A stretch of DNA of 64,000 bases, from positions 29,202,001 to 29,266,000 of the forward strand of contig OZ024742.1 of assembly GCA_964016885.1 (NCBI GenBank). The letters are read 5' to 3'. This DNA is from Eledone cirrhosa. Taxonomy: Eukaryota. Under the pieces are notes generated by a model. That model saw only the letters and a list, made by a program, of their open reading frames with translations, was not told the DNA's origin and searched no databases. Shown in pieces: positions 34,737 to 47,900 of this stretch (the first letter of the stretch is position 1; each line of letters opens with the position of its first letter). Position numbers and translations under genes: made by a program.

Positions 34737-35395
34737 TTAAAAACTACAACAATGTGGAAGACATTCATGTACATAATATGAAAGAGTACTGGTGGAATGT
34801 TCCAGTAAAAACCCCAATAAAATGCAGGCATAACAGACCAGATATTATGATATGGGACAGGGAGAAGAAAACATGCACAGTAGTGGAAATTAGCTGCTCA
34901 GCAATATAATATCAAAGATTAACGAAAAGGAGAATATTTATGCAGAACTGATGAGAAATCTGCAGATACTCCACCCTGATTACACCTTCAGATTTATGCC
35001 TGTGATTATTGGGGCACTGGGGTATGTTAGTAACTGCCTCAATACAAATCTTGAGAAGCTAGGCTTCACAGGAACAGAAAGAACACAACTAATTAGGAAA
35101 TTACAAGTACAATCCATTAATGGAACAGTAAAAATATGTAAAACATTCCAAAAATTTTGCATCTAATAACTGCATTTCCACATGTACAGATACAAAGCAT
35201 ATACACATGCACACATACAACTCAAAACATCCACATCCACACATACAATAACATCCATATCTACACATGCATGCATACATACATATCTACCTTGTTGATG
35301 TTGTGTAAATTCTAATGAGAGAGTCTTGTGTCCATGTTAGAAACCGACTCTCTCTCTATTGGTAAAACTTTGTGAAATTATAAAACCAGAAGAAC
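34737..35395 (+). mobile_element. Second, shorter R4/Dong-like 3' fragment in (CATA)n
   Basis: YWWNVPVKTPIKCRHNRPDIMIWD..VVEISC; same 3' UTR as copy 1; CATA repeats on both sides. Confidence 0.85.
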
Positions 35396-35476
35396 ATACA
35401 TACATATATGAACCTCTTTATATATACATATATACATATATATAGAGAGAGAGATATAAATATGTACATATATATG

Positions 35477-35512
<36 letters not shown>

Positions 35513-35539
35513 TACATAGACACAAACACACACACACAC

Positions 35540-35588
<49 letters not shown>

Positions 35589-35759
35589 AACCTCTATGTT
35601 TTTACGTGTGTGTGTGCCTGTGTATACAGTATGCTCATCAAACTATCTGCTTATGTGTTTCCCCACACGAACAGATATATGTTACTCCTGTAAGAAAAAT
35701 AAATAAAACGTCACATTATTTGCTCGTCCTATCCTTATTTCAATTATCTTTATTCTTCT

Positions 35760-36095
35760 GCTTGTTGTTACTGTTGTTGTTGTTACTGTTGTTGTTACTG
35801 TTGTTGTTACTGTTGTTGTTACTGTTGTTGTTGTTACTATTGATGTTGTTACAGTTGTTGTTGTTACAGTTGTTGTTGATACTTTTGTTGTTACTGTTGT
35901 TGTTACTGTTGTTGTTACTGTTGTTGTTACTGTTGTTGTTACTATTGATGACGTTACTATTGTTGTTACTGTTGTTGTTACTATTGATGTTGTTACTGTT
36001 GTTGTTCATACAGTTGTTGTTGTTGTTGTCCTTGTTGTTACTATTGTGGTTGTTACTGTTCTTGTTGTTGTTACAGTTGTTATCGTTGTTGTTGT
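35760..36095. repeat. (TTG)n / TTACTGTTGTTG compound repeat
   Basis: Directly visible; source of the poly-L and poly-N ORFs. Confidence 0.9.
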
Positions 36096-37141
36096 TATAT
36101 TATATTATATGTTTATGTATTTATTTATGCAGTTCTTTTTTTGGTTTACTTGCTTTCTTTGTCTCTTTTAAAATTGCATCCAAACATCTCTAATGAATAT
36201 CCAAAACCCTTGTTTCACACACTGTTAACGATGTGACAAACCAAGGTTTTGTTATTGTTGTTGCTGTTTTCTAGTTTGTTTTTCTGTAGGCTTTTTATGG
36301 TTTTGTTTTTCCTACTCTTCCATTTTTCCTGTATTTTGTTTATATATAGCTTATTACATGCAAATAACTATCCAGGTCAAATAAGCCAACGTAGCTACAG
36401 CTTCTCTTTTTAAATCTAAAAATCAACGTGTTTTAACTATATATTGCTTTCTTATTCTTGCAGTGTGAGAGTCTCTTTCCTTCCTCCTCTACTCAGCAAT
36501 GTTGAAGATGTCTGTGTGAATAATATAGAAAATGTATTCCGACCACACGAAACTATACTTCTGTTATTTTTCCATTCATATTATTACTGTTCAGTCGTTA
36601 AATTTCTAAAGAATTCAAAATATTTTCCGATATGGTTTTTGCATAAAATGTTGGTATATTTTTATTTCTTAATGATAATAATAATAAAAAAATCGCGGGA
36701 CTGCCAATTTTTGCCGTTTCGATATCTGCTATAGAGCCCCGTATTTATTTACATTTTTCTATATCTCTTATTTTAAAAAGTTTTTTCCTGTTCTTTCGTT
36801 TATTAATGTGTGGTTATCTTTTATTTATTTTTCCCCTTCAGAAATGTTAGTTTTCCTTGCTCCTCTTTTGTCATATGTTCCTTCTTGCTTACTTTCTCTC
36901 TTTTGTTCTTTCTTTTTCTCCTTCTTTCTGTCTAACCTCTTTATCTTATTTCGGTTCACAGTGGGATGCCAAAGCACAAGAATTATTACCAGAATAAAGA
37001 AACATGTTCACATTTATATTCCATTAACGTTGTAGTAGTAAAGACATCTGTTTGCAGATGTTCAATCTTCGTTATGACAAAGTGGTGGAAAGGAAGATTC
37101 AGTAGCCTGATATTTCTAACTACCTTACCACTAGTCGAGTT

Positions 37142-37420
37142 GAGGTGCGTGGCCTAGTGGTAAGGGTGTTGGACTTATGATCGTAATGTCGTGGGATCGA
37201 TTCCTGGGCTGGGTTTCGTATTGTTTTCTTGAGCAAAACACTTCATTTCAGATTGCTAAGTTATACTCAACTGAAAATATGTACCGGCAATAGCTGGGAG
37301 TTTAACCCTGCGATGAACTGGCGTCCTGTCCAGGGAGAGTCTTGTACTCTCAGTCGCTTCACGCTATGAGACCGGGATAAGCACCAGCCAAATGAGCTTT
37401 CTGGCTTAAGACAAGCAGAC
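37142..37420 (+). mobile_element. tRNA-headed SINE
   Basis: A-box TGGCCTAGTGG, B-box GGATCGATTCC, CORE-like CTTGAGCAAAACACTT, then CCCTGCGATGAACTGGCGTCCTGTCCAGGG. Confidence 0.8.
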
Positions 37421-37513
37421 TTTTAATCACTTTCAGCACCCTTACGAGGTTCTGCGACCAAACCCCACTCAGGTCGACCAGTTTATCTGTCTACACCCGA
37501 TGTCTGTAAAATA

Positions 37514-37715
37514 GGAGGGCCGGCTGAAGTGTTCATGTAGGAGTGATGCTAGAGCTGTGAAATCTTGCATAGATTAATTTCAACTCTTCTTATTAATAAC
37601 TACCTTATTTCTTTTGGGTTCTGTGTTGAAAAATAAAACTCATTTGATCATTCCATGAGAGTATCTTGGTCAAACTCTGAACCTTTCAGCCTTGGTACTC
37701 TTCAGCCGGCCCTCG
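37514..37715. mobile_element. Tc1/mariner-like MITE
   Basis: TIR GAGGGCCGGCTGAA / TTCAGCCGGCCCTC, with TA on both sides (37512-13, 37716-17). Confidence 0.75.
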
Positions 37716-37899
37716 TATGTATATATATATATATAATTAGAAATGGGTTTCATATATATGGCTTTTATATAAATGGCTTATATATATATATATTTAATAT
37801 AGAAGCCATCTCTATATTAAATATTTATACTCTGTTATGTATTGAGTACCTTACTTACTGTGGTTACCCCAGATTGAACCCGGGATACACTTATCTATC

Positions 37900-37933
<34 letters not shown>

Positions 37934-37948
37934 GTTTTAATATAGATG

Positions 37949-37999
37949 AGATTCTACTGGACTAGAACTGTTTCATTCTTTAGAAATCATCAGGAATCT
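37949..37999 (-). ncRNA. Type I hammerhead motif (partly decayed) within direct/inverted repeats spanning ~37840-38420
   Basis: Minus: AGATTC-CTGATGA-TTTCTAAAGAAT-GAAA-CAGTTCTAGTCCAGT-A-GAATCT; GUA site. Confidence 0.65.
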
Positions 38000-38064
38000 G
38001 GCTGTCCAAGGTAAATTGAGTACCTTACTTACTGTGGTTACATCCGATTCAACCCGGAATAACT

Positions 38065-38134
<70 letters not shown>

Positions 38135-38445
38135 AGGGTTGACGGACCCAGCATATTTATCAATGCCAGTACCGGTTGTATCTCAGCGCACTCAATGGGC
38201 AATGTAAGATACATTACCAGAGTATACACATAGTTATTTGCCTCAACACAACACACGGAAAACGGGTGCCTATAAGGTTCCCGGGCTCGAGTTTCTGCCG
38301 CACTAATGCAGCAGTAAGGTGCACTGCCCCATCTGTCTGCATTAGAGAGAGAGAAGTTATTCCGGGTTGAATCGGAGGTAACACAGTAAGTAAGGTACTT
38401 AATACATAGTAGAGTATCAAAGTTTTAATATAATAGTTTTAAGAT

Positions 38446-38493
<48 letters not shown>

Positions 38494-38605
38494 TAAGAGG
38501 AATTCCAACTTTGTCTGATTTACTCGTTTTATTTACAATCCTTTAAAATTTATAATGGTATTATAATGAAATAGTATGATAGAATATTAAATTCTAAGTG
38601 TTAAT

Positions 38606-38644
38606 TGAACAAGTACTTTCATGCTTTCGCAATCTTCAGGTTCA
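38606..38644 (-). ncRNA. Minimal hammerhead motif (antisense arm copy)
   Basis: Reverse complement of 38706-38744. Confidence 0.75.
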
Positions 38645-38705
38645 TAATATGTGGTGACAGTCAAGTTTGCAATTTTCAACTGCAGTTGACTGTCACCACA
38701 TATTA

Positions 38706-38744
38706 TGAACCTGAAGATTGCGAAAGCATGAAAGTACTTGTTCA
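38706..38744 (+). ncRNA. Minimal type I hammerhead motif
   Basis: TGAAC-CTGAAGA-TTGCGAAAGCAT-GAAA-GTACT-T-GTTCA; palindromic AGTACT stem III; CUU site. Confidence 0.75.
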
Positions 38745-38913
38745 ATTAACACTTAGAATTTAATATTCTATCATACTATTTCATTATAATACCATTATAA
38801 ATTTTAAAGGATTTTGAATAAAACGAGTAAATCAGACAAAGTTGGAATTCCTCTTATTAATATAATCTTCTATACACAATCATACACACCCGTGTATATT
38901 TATCTATCTATCT

Positions 38914-38952
<39 letters not shown>

Positions 38953-39001
38953 AGTATGTATGTATACGTACATACATATATGTATACAGACGTACAGTAG
39001 C

Positions 39002-39080
<79 letters not shown>

Positions 39081-39255
39081 CAGGCACACATATATATATA
39101 TATATATATGCACGTATCAGTTTACCGAACATTTATTATAATGTTCGCTTTGTTCGTTTGTAAACAAACGGACAGCCTGATTTACGCCGTACAATGTTCA
39201 GGCAACCACGTCACCTTTTTTTTTTTTTTTTTTTTTGCTCAGCACTGACACAGGA

Positions 39256-39298
39256 ACGATGTACTAGTTTCAAGCTTGTTAGCTATCGTCAGCACCGT
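39256..39298 (-). ncRNA. Minimal type I hammerhead motif
   Basis: Minus: ACGGTG-CTGACGA-TAGCTAACAAGCTT-GAAA-CTAGT-A-CATCGT; palindromic ACTAGT; GUA site. Confidence 0.8.
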
Positions 39299-39531
39299 AT
39301 ACCTTTCTGCCAGATGGTTGAACGTTCGAAAGTATATACTTTCCTTATGAAAATTAATGGCTGAGCAGCCTAATTTGCATATCGAGTGAGTTCAGTCGGC
39401 AAGGCGCACCGAAAACGATAAATGGAATAGAATGAAACGGAATTTCATTTCTTACTCTTAGTACGGCACTTACTTAAATGTAAGTATGTATGTATACGTA
39501 CATACATATATGTATACAGACGTACAGTAGC

Positions 39532-39664
<133 letters not shown>

Positions 39665-39813
39665 CAGGCACACATATATATATGCACGTATCAGTTTGCC
39701 GAACATTTATTATAATGTTCGCTTTGTTCGTTTGTAAACAAACGGACAGCCTGATTTACGCCGTACAGTGTTCAGGCAACCACGTCACCTTTTTGCTCAA
39801 CACTGACACAGGA

Positions 39814-39856
39814 AGGATGTACTAGTTTCAAGCTTGTTAGTTATCGTCAGCACCGT
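39814..39856 (-). ncRNA. Minimal type I hammerhead motif, second tandem copy
   Basis: Same core with 1-2 stem substitutions, ~558 nt from the first copy. Confidence 0.72.
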
Positions 39857-39936
39857 ATACCTTTCTGCCAGATGGTTGAACGTTCGGTAAGTGCCGTACT
39901 AAGAGTGAGAAATGAAATTTCGTTTCATTCTATTCC

Positions 39937-40024
<88 letters not shown>

Positions 40025-40151
40025 TTGAAAAAAGGGAAAAGAATGAATTCACTTGTAGGTCTAAACAATTTGATTTAATTTTATATTATAATATTATAAA
40101 ATTAAATTTTCAAATATATGTAACTGTACCAAGCATCTCACACATTTACCA

Positions 40152-40232
<81 letters not shown>

Positions 40233-40469
40233 AGTGTGTATGTGTGTGTACATATATATATATATAGTAGCGTTTTACTCAACGCACAAACTATTCCAAT
40301 TGGTATATCCTGTTGTAGTTCTACTATAGCTTCCAAGTGTAACAATTTACGGAGTGTATATAGACATTTTCCAAATTATTATTTTAATAATTTTGTAATT
40401 TTCTATATACACTAACGATCAAGCCAAGTGCCTTTACATGAAATATATACCAATTTTATATTGGTATAT

Positions 40470-40860
40470 ATTGTTTTCTGATTTACGCACAAGGCCAACA
40501 ATTTTGAGGGGAGGGGAAAATACATTAAATCGACCCCAGTGTGTTACTGGTACTTTTTTATCGACCTCAAAAAGATGAAATGCAAAGCTGACTTCGGCGG
40601 GATTTGAACTTAGAACGTAAAGGGATAAAACTCTATGCCGCAAAGCATGTAAATCCACCCGCCCTTATATTGGAATATAATAATTGTTTCTACTTTTGGC
40701 AGAAGGCCAGCAATTACCCCAGTGCATTACTGGTACTTTATTTTATCGACCCCGTAGGGATGAAAGGCAAAGTTAACCTCGGTGGGATTTGAACTCAGAA
40801 TAGCAAGGGCCGTAACTCTATGCATCAAAGCATGGCGTCCTACCCTCTACCGATACTGCC
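40470..40860 (-). mobile_element. Two adjacent tRNA-derived SINE copies (family of 1311-1488)
   Basis: GGGATTTGAACT (B-box, reverse complement) at ~40600 and ~40785 with the same central domain. Confidence 0.8.
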
Positions 40861-40899
40861 AAATAGATAAATAATGAATAGGTACAACTAGTACAATGT

Positions 40900-41170
40900 G
40901 ATACTGGTATCCTTGGCCTTAGGACACCTCCCTACTGACCACCATTGGCACAGAGTTGGCTACCCGCTAGTGTGAGACTCGCGAGCTGGAACTGCTCTTC
41001 CAGCGCGTCTCCCTCACCATCCTCCAGGGAAACACTTTCTCTATTCTGTCAGCCTGAGACGCAAGGTCGCCAGCGCGCGAACCCCCATTTGCTCATAATA
41101 TGACAGTTAAGGAGAGCGGAACAGACAGAGGCAGTTAGTGTGGGAGTTTGGTACCTTTGTGTTCGGATCT

Positions 41171-41175
<5 letters not shown>
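40900..41175 (+). mobile_element. 3' remnant of an RLE-type (CRE-like) non-LTR element
   Basis: Translates LFQRVSLTILQGNTFSILSA*, resembling the FQRxSxxIQxGN C-terminal RLE motif. Confidence 0.5.
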
Positions 41176-41234
<59 letters not shown>

Positions 41235-41238
<4 letters not shown>

Positions 41239-41999
41239 AACTTCCAACCAAAATCTCCATACATCCGTGTAACTTACCACTTTTCAACCATCCTCTAACA
41301 CCATCACCTATATAACTCACCCACACACACATCCCAAAACAAATTTTTTTATCCACACGCCACCCACACCCACAACACGCTTAAACCACACACACGTGCT
41401 TCCCACCACATATTTACACCCTCAGCCCCCTGATTCCTCTCCCGCCACCCCCTATCCACACACGCACAGACCATCCGACACACAAAAACACCCCCCACAC
41501 ACACCTTCCTGAACATGCAACCCCGTTCTTCCCCCAACCCTCACTTTCACATACACACACACACACACACACACGCACACCTAACCACACACACCACCTT
41601 CAGCCCTCCCCGCTCGGACACCCCGTCTCCCTCTCCCCACTCCACCCGCCTCCACCTCTACTCACCCCACACCCTTCCACCACCTGTTTACCCCCCTTTT
41701 AATTTCAGTTTATTTTGATCATGCCTTTATTTTTAAATGTTCTCATTCCTTGTATTTTGATCATGCTTTATTTTCATTTATTATTTATTATAATTTTGTC
41801 TTTATTTGTTAATTTTTCATTCGCACCGTTTCCTTTCGCTATATGTCTCTCCACCACTCCCCTACACACCTTTTGAACTCTTACCTGAAGAAGGGCTTAT
41901 GCCCGAAACGTCGTCCTCCACCTACCCCCCACTCTCCTGAGCGTGAAGCTAATAAACATTTGTCGTACTGCCTCTCTGTTCTGTCCCTGTTCAATTTTT

Positions 42000-42000
<1 letters not shown>
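41235..42000 (+). mobile_element. Penelope-like 3' remnant between (TA)n tracts
   Basis: Hammerhead core at 41885; its tail GAGCGTGAA.CTAATAAAC..TTG.CGTACTGCCTCTCT recurs at ~50740-50810. Confidence 0.6.
41883..41914 (+). ncRNA. Minimal hammerhead core (stem I weak)
   Basis: CTGAAGA-AGGGCTTATGCCC-GAAA-CGT-C; only 2 bp of stem I evident. Confidence 0.55.
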
Positions 42001-42050
<50 letters not shown>

Positions 42051-42054
<4 letters not shown>

Positions 42055-42539
42055 TAAACGGAATAGAAAATGCTGACAAATTGTTCACAGTTGAAAAATG
42101 GTTTAATTAGGAATAAAAGAGTATTAGTGATTGTATGGGTTAGTATTCAGTTGTGGTTTTAAGTTTTTAAGTTTTTACCGGTTGCGCATTTCTAAATGCT
42201 TTTCAAAAATAATTTTGAGCTAGAGTGTCCGTGCTGTTTGCTCTGATCTGATTAGTTTTGGGAATTCTACCTGTTTTTATGTTAAAAAAGTGGCTCCAGC
42301 GTTATTTTTGTGTTGCAAAAATTCTTGTGGTCAAAACAATTTTGATTGGTCGGTAGAGATCATGTGAATGTAAAAAGTTGATTTTGCGCCAAGACTGTTT
42401 TTATGTTAAAAAAGTGGCTCCAGCAAAAATTCTTGGTCAAAACAATTTTAATTGGTCGGTAGAGGTCATGTGAATAAAAAATTGGTTTTGCGCCAAGATT
42501 GAGAAATGACTCTTTCACAACAAATATGTGTGTGTGTGT

Positions 42540-42584
<45 letters not shown>

Positions 42585-42668
42585 TGTGTGTGTGTGTAGT
42601 AGTAGTAGTAAGGTGTTCGATGCTGCGACAATGGACAGCAGCGATGTGTGTCAAATGGCTATTAAGAT

Positions 42669-42721
<53 letters not shown>

Positions 42722-42943
42722 GCAGAGTGATTCGTGGTGGTAGGGATGGTCAGTAAGAATGTGTCTGAAAGCAATGGGGGGTATTTTAGCATATCAAAAG
42801 ATAAGTGTGTGTGTGTGTATGTGTGTGTGTATAGCAGAGTAATTTGTGGTGGCAGGGATGGTCAGTAAGAATGTGTCTGAAAGCAATGGGGGGTATTTTA
42901 GCATGTCAAAAGATATTTTTCAGCTTTTGTCTTATACGGAGCA

Positions 42944-42984
<41 letters not shown>

Positions 42985-43435
42985 AGTCTCTTTGTATGTT
43001 GATGTACGCGTGTGTATGTGTTTGTGTATATATATATATATGTGTGTGTGTTTGCGCATCAGCAAGGAATCTTACTTCATTAACAAATACGGACCCCGTC
43101 TAAACACTTCTCCCTAAGACGAACCCACAACATACACACGTCAACATACATACCTACATCAGCACACATCTCTACCCACATATAAACACAATGACACACG
43201 TAAACACACATGCTCTATGGTGTAATACAAAGATATATATGTGCATATATATGTATGTATATATGTATATATATATATATATATGTGTAGTGAATATATG
43301 TATGTGTGTATATATATAGTGAATATCATTTCACACCTTTTATTGTTAAGATTTTTGATGTTCTATTAAGAGAACCGATTTTACTGAAAAAATCGAATAA
43401 TGTACACCATTTTACCAGGGGGAAAAAATACTGGT

Positions 43436-43530
<95 letters not shown>

Positions 43531-43572
43531 CACAAACACATACACACGCGTACATCAACATACAAAGAGACT

Positions 43573-43603
<31 letters not shown>

Positions 43604-43716
43604 GCACTTCTCCGTATAAGACAAAAGCTGAAAAATATCTTTTGACATGCTAAAATACCCCCATTGCTTTCAGACACATTCTTACTGACCATCCCTGCCA
43701 CCACAAATTACTCTGC

Positions 43717-43773
<57 letters not shown>

Positions 43774-43854
43774 ATCTTTTGACATGCTAAAATACCCCCC
43801 ATTGCTTTCAGACACATTCTTACTGACCATCCCTACCACCACGAATCACTCTGC

Positions 43855-43899
<45 letters not shown>

Positions 43900-43968
43900 A
43901 TCTTAATAGCCATTTGACACACATCGCTGCTGGCCATTGTCGCAGCATCGAACACCTTACTACTACTA

Positions 43969-44006
<38 letters not shown>

Positions 44007-44492
44007 ACACACACATATTTGTTGTGAAAGAGTCATTTCTCAATCTTGGCGCAAAACCAATTTTTTATTCACATGACCTCTACCGACCAATCAAAATTGT
44101 TTTGACCAAGAATTTTTGCTGGAGCCACTTTTTTAACATAAAAACAGTCTTGGCGCAAAATCAACTTTTTACATTCACATGACCTCTACCGACCAATCAA
44201 AATTGTTTTGACCACAAGAATTTTTGCAACACAAAAATAACGCTGGAGCCACTTTTTTAACATAAAAACAGGTAGAATTCCCAAAACTAATCAGATCAGA
44301 GCAAACAGCACGGACACTCTAGCTCAAAATTATTTTTGAAAAGCATTTAGAAATGCGCAACCGGTAAAAACTTAAAAACTTAAAACCACAACTGAATACT
44401 AACCCATACAATCACTAATACTCTTTTATTCCTAATTAAACCATTTTTCAACTGTGAACAATTTGTCAGCATTTTCTATTCCGTTTACCAAT
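42051..44492. repeat. Large inverted repeat (~980-bp arms, ~480-bp spacer)
   Basis: 42051-~43030 is the reverse complement of ~43510-44492, including internal duplications and (TG)/(CA) tracts. Confidence 0.92.
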
Positions 44493-44997
44493 ATATAATA
44501 ACTTGTGTGTTACACCTCTATTCTTTTAACTATAGATATATATGTATATATATTTACCTTATCACAGACATTCATTCACAATGAGATTCAGTGTGACAGT
44601 GTGTGACAAGGCTGACAGATCGCTAGGCTTTAATTTATCTCTATTTTATTTCATTATCCTCTGTTTTGACTTTCTGTCCACTCTCATCTTCCGACCTCCG
44701 TTAATCGTGTGTTTCAAATATGTCTGTATATTACAAACAGAAGAAACAAATTGCCTGACAAGCAAACTTGGACGTGATTTTTTAAGTAAATAATTATCAT
44801 AGTTTTAAGAAAATAAGAATTAAATTTTGGTCAAGTCAAGCATCTGTCTGCTACGGGTACCAAGTCAGCTAGTACAATTTGCTTGTGGGTCGAGTGGTAG
44901 TGATTAAACCGGCTACCCCACAATATCCAGGTTTAGTGAGGAAAGTAAGTGGAACCCTAGCAGAACCAAAAATAAGAGCTGTAAAAGGTTCAGATAT

Positions 44998-47900
44998 TAA
45001 CATCTTACTAACATCTCACTAACATCTTACCAACATATTACTAACATCTTACTAACATCGAACATCTTACTAACATCTTACTAACATCTTACTAACATCT
45101 AACTAACATCTTACCAACAACTTACTAACATCTTACCAACATCTTACCAACATCTTACTAACATCTTACCAACATCTTACTAACATCTTACTAACATCTT
45201 ACCAACATATTACTAAAATCTTACTAACATCTTACTAACATCTTACTAACATCTTACCAACATATTACTAAAATCTTACTAACATCTTACTAACATCGAA
45301 CATCTTACTAACATCTTACTAACATCTTACTAACATCTTACTAACATCTTACTAACATCTTACTAACATCTTACTAACATCTTACTAACATCTTACTAAC
45401 ATCTTACCAACATATTACTAAAATCTTACTAACATCTTACTAACATCGAACATCTTACTAACATCTTACTAACAACTTACTAACATCTTACCAACATCTT
45501 ACCAACATCTTACTAACATCTTACCAACATCTTACTAACATCTTACTAACATCTTACCAACATATTACTAAAATCTTACTAACATCTTACTAACATCGAA
45601 CATCTTACTAACATCTTACTAACATCTTACTAACATCTTACCAACATATTACTAAAATCTTACTAACATCTTACTAACATCGAACATCTTACTAACATCT
45701 TACTAACAACTTACTAACATCTTACCAACATATTACTAACATATTACTAACATCTTAGTAACCTCTCACTAACATCTTACACACATCTTACTAACATCTT
45801 ACTAACATCTTAGTAACATCTCACTAACATCTTACCAACATCTTACTAACATCTTAGTAACATCTCACTAACATCTTACTAACATCTTAGTAACATCTCA
45901 CTAACATCTTACTAACATCTTAGTAACATCTCACTAACATCTTACTAACATCTTAGTAACATCTCACTAACATCTTACTAACATCTTACTAACATCTTAC
46001 TAACAATGTTACTAACATCTTACCAACATCTTACTAATATCTCACTAACATCTTACCAACATCTCACTAACATCTTACTAACATCTCACCAACATCTTAC
46101 TAACATCGAACATCTTACTAACATCTTACTAACATCTTACTAACATCTTACCAACATATTACTAAAATCTTACTAACATCTTACTAACATCAAACATCTT
46201 ACTAACATCTTACTAACATCTTACTAACATCTCACTAACATCTTACTAACATCTTACTAACATCTTACCAACATCTTACTAACATCTTACCAACAACTTA
46301 CTAACATCTTACCAACATCTTACCAACATCTTACTAACATCTTACCAACATCTTACTAACATCTTACTAACATCTTACCAACATATTACTAAAATCTTAC
46401 TAACATCTTACTAACATCGAACATCTTACTAACATCTTACTAACATCTTACCAACATATTACTAAAATCTTACTAACATCTTACTAACATCGAACATCTT
46501 ACTAACATCTTACTAACATCTTACTAACATCTTACCAACATATTACTAAAATCTTACTAACATCTTACTAACATCGAACATCTTACTAACATCTTACTAA
46601 CAACTTACTAACATCTTACCAACATCTTACCAACATCTTACTAACATCTTACCAACATCTTACTAACATCTTACTAACATCTTACCAACATATTACTAAA
46701 ATCTTACTAACATCTTACTAACATCGAACATCTTACTAACATCTTACTAACTTCTTACCAACATATTACTAAAATCTTACTAACATCTTACTAACATCGA
46801 ACATCTTACTAACATCTTACTAACATCTTACTAACATCTTACCAACATATTACTAAAATCTTACTAACATCTTACTAACATCAAACATCTTACTAACATC
46901 TTACTAACATCTTACTAACATCTCACTAACATCTTACCAACATCTTACTAACATCTTACCAACAACTTACTAACATCTTACCAACATCTTACCAACATCT
47001 TACTAACATCTTACCAACATCTTACTAACATCTTACTAACATCTTACCAACATATTACTAAAATCTTACTAACATCTTACTAACATCGAACATCTTACTA
47101 ACATCTTACTAACATCTTACCAACATATTACTAAAATCTTACTAACATCTTACTAACATCGAACATCTTACTAACATCTTACTAACATCTTACTAACATC
47201 TTACCAACATATTACTAAAATCTTACTAACATCTTACTAACATCGAACATCTTACTAACATCTTACTAACAACTTACTAACATCTTACCAACATCTTACC
47301 AACATCTTACTAACATCTTACCAACATCTTACTAACATCTTACTAACATCTTACCAACATATTACTAAAATCTTACTAACATCTTACTAACATCGAACAT
47401 CTTACTAACATCTTACTAACTTCTTACCAACATATTACTAAAATATTACTAACATCTTACTAACATCGAGCATCTTACTAACATCTTACTAACATCTTAC
47501 TAACATCTTACCAACATATTACTAAAATCTTACTAACATCTTACTAACATCGAACATCTTACTAACATCTTACTAACATCTTACTAACATCTCACTAACA
47601 TCTTACTAACATCTTACTAACATCTTACCAACATCTTACTAACATCTTACTAACATCTTACCAACATCTTAGTAACATCTCACTAACATCTTACCAACAT
47701 CTTACTAACATCTTAGTAACATCTCACTAACATCTCACTAACATCTCATTAACATCTCACTAACATCTTACTAACATCTAACATTTTACAAACATCTTAC
47801 CAATATCTTACTAACATCTTACCAACATCTTACTAACATCGAACATCTTACTAACATCTTACTAACAACTTACTAACATCTTACCAACATCTTACCAACA

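Larger units (their letters stand above)
38490..38862. mobile_element. Near-perfect fold-back (~175-bp arms) with a hammerhead in each arm; Penelope-like
   Basis: Arms 38490-38664 / 38686-38862; preceded by (TA)n. Confidence 0.8.

Noticed and set aside
37142-37215. tRNA gene
   Set aside because: A/B boxes run directly into a SINE body; no complete cloverleaf or terminator
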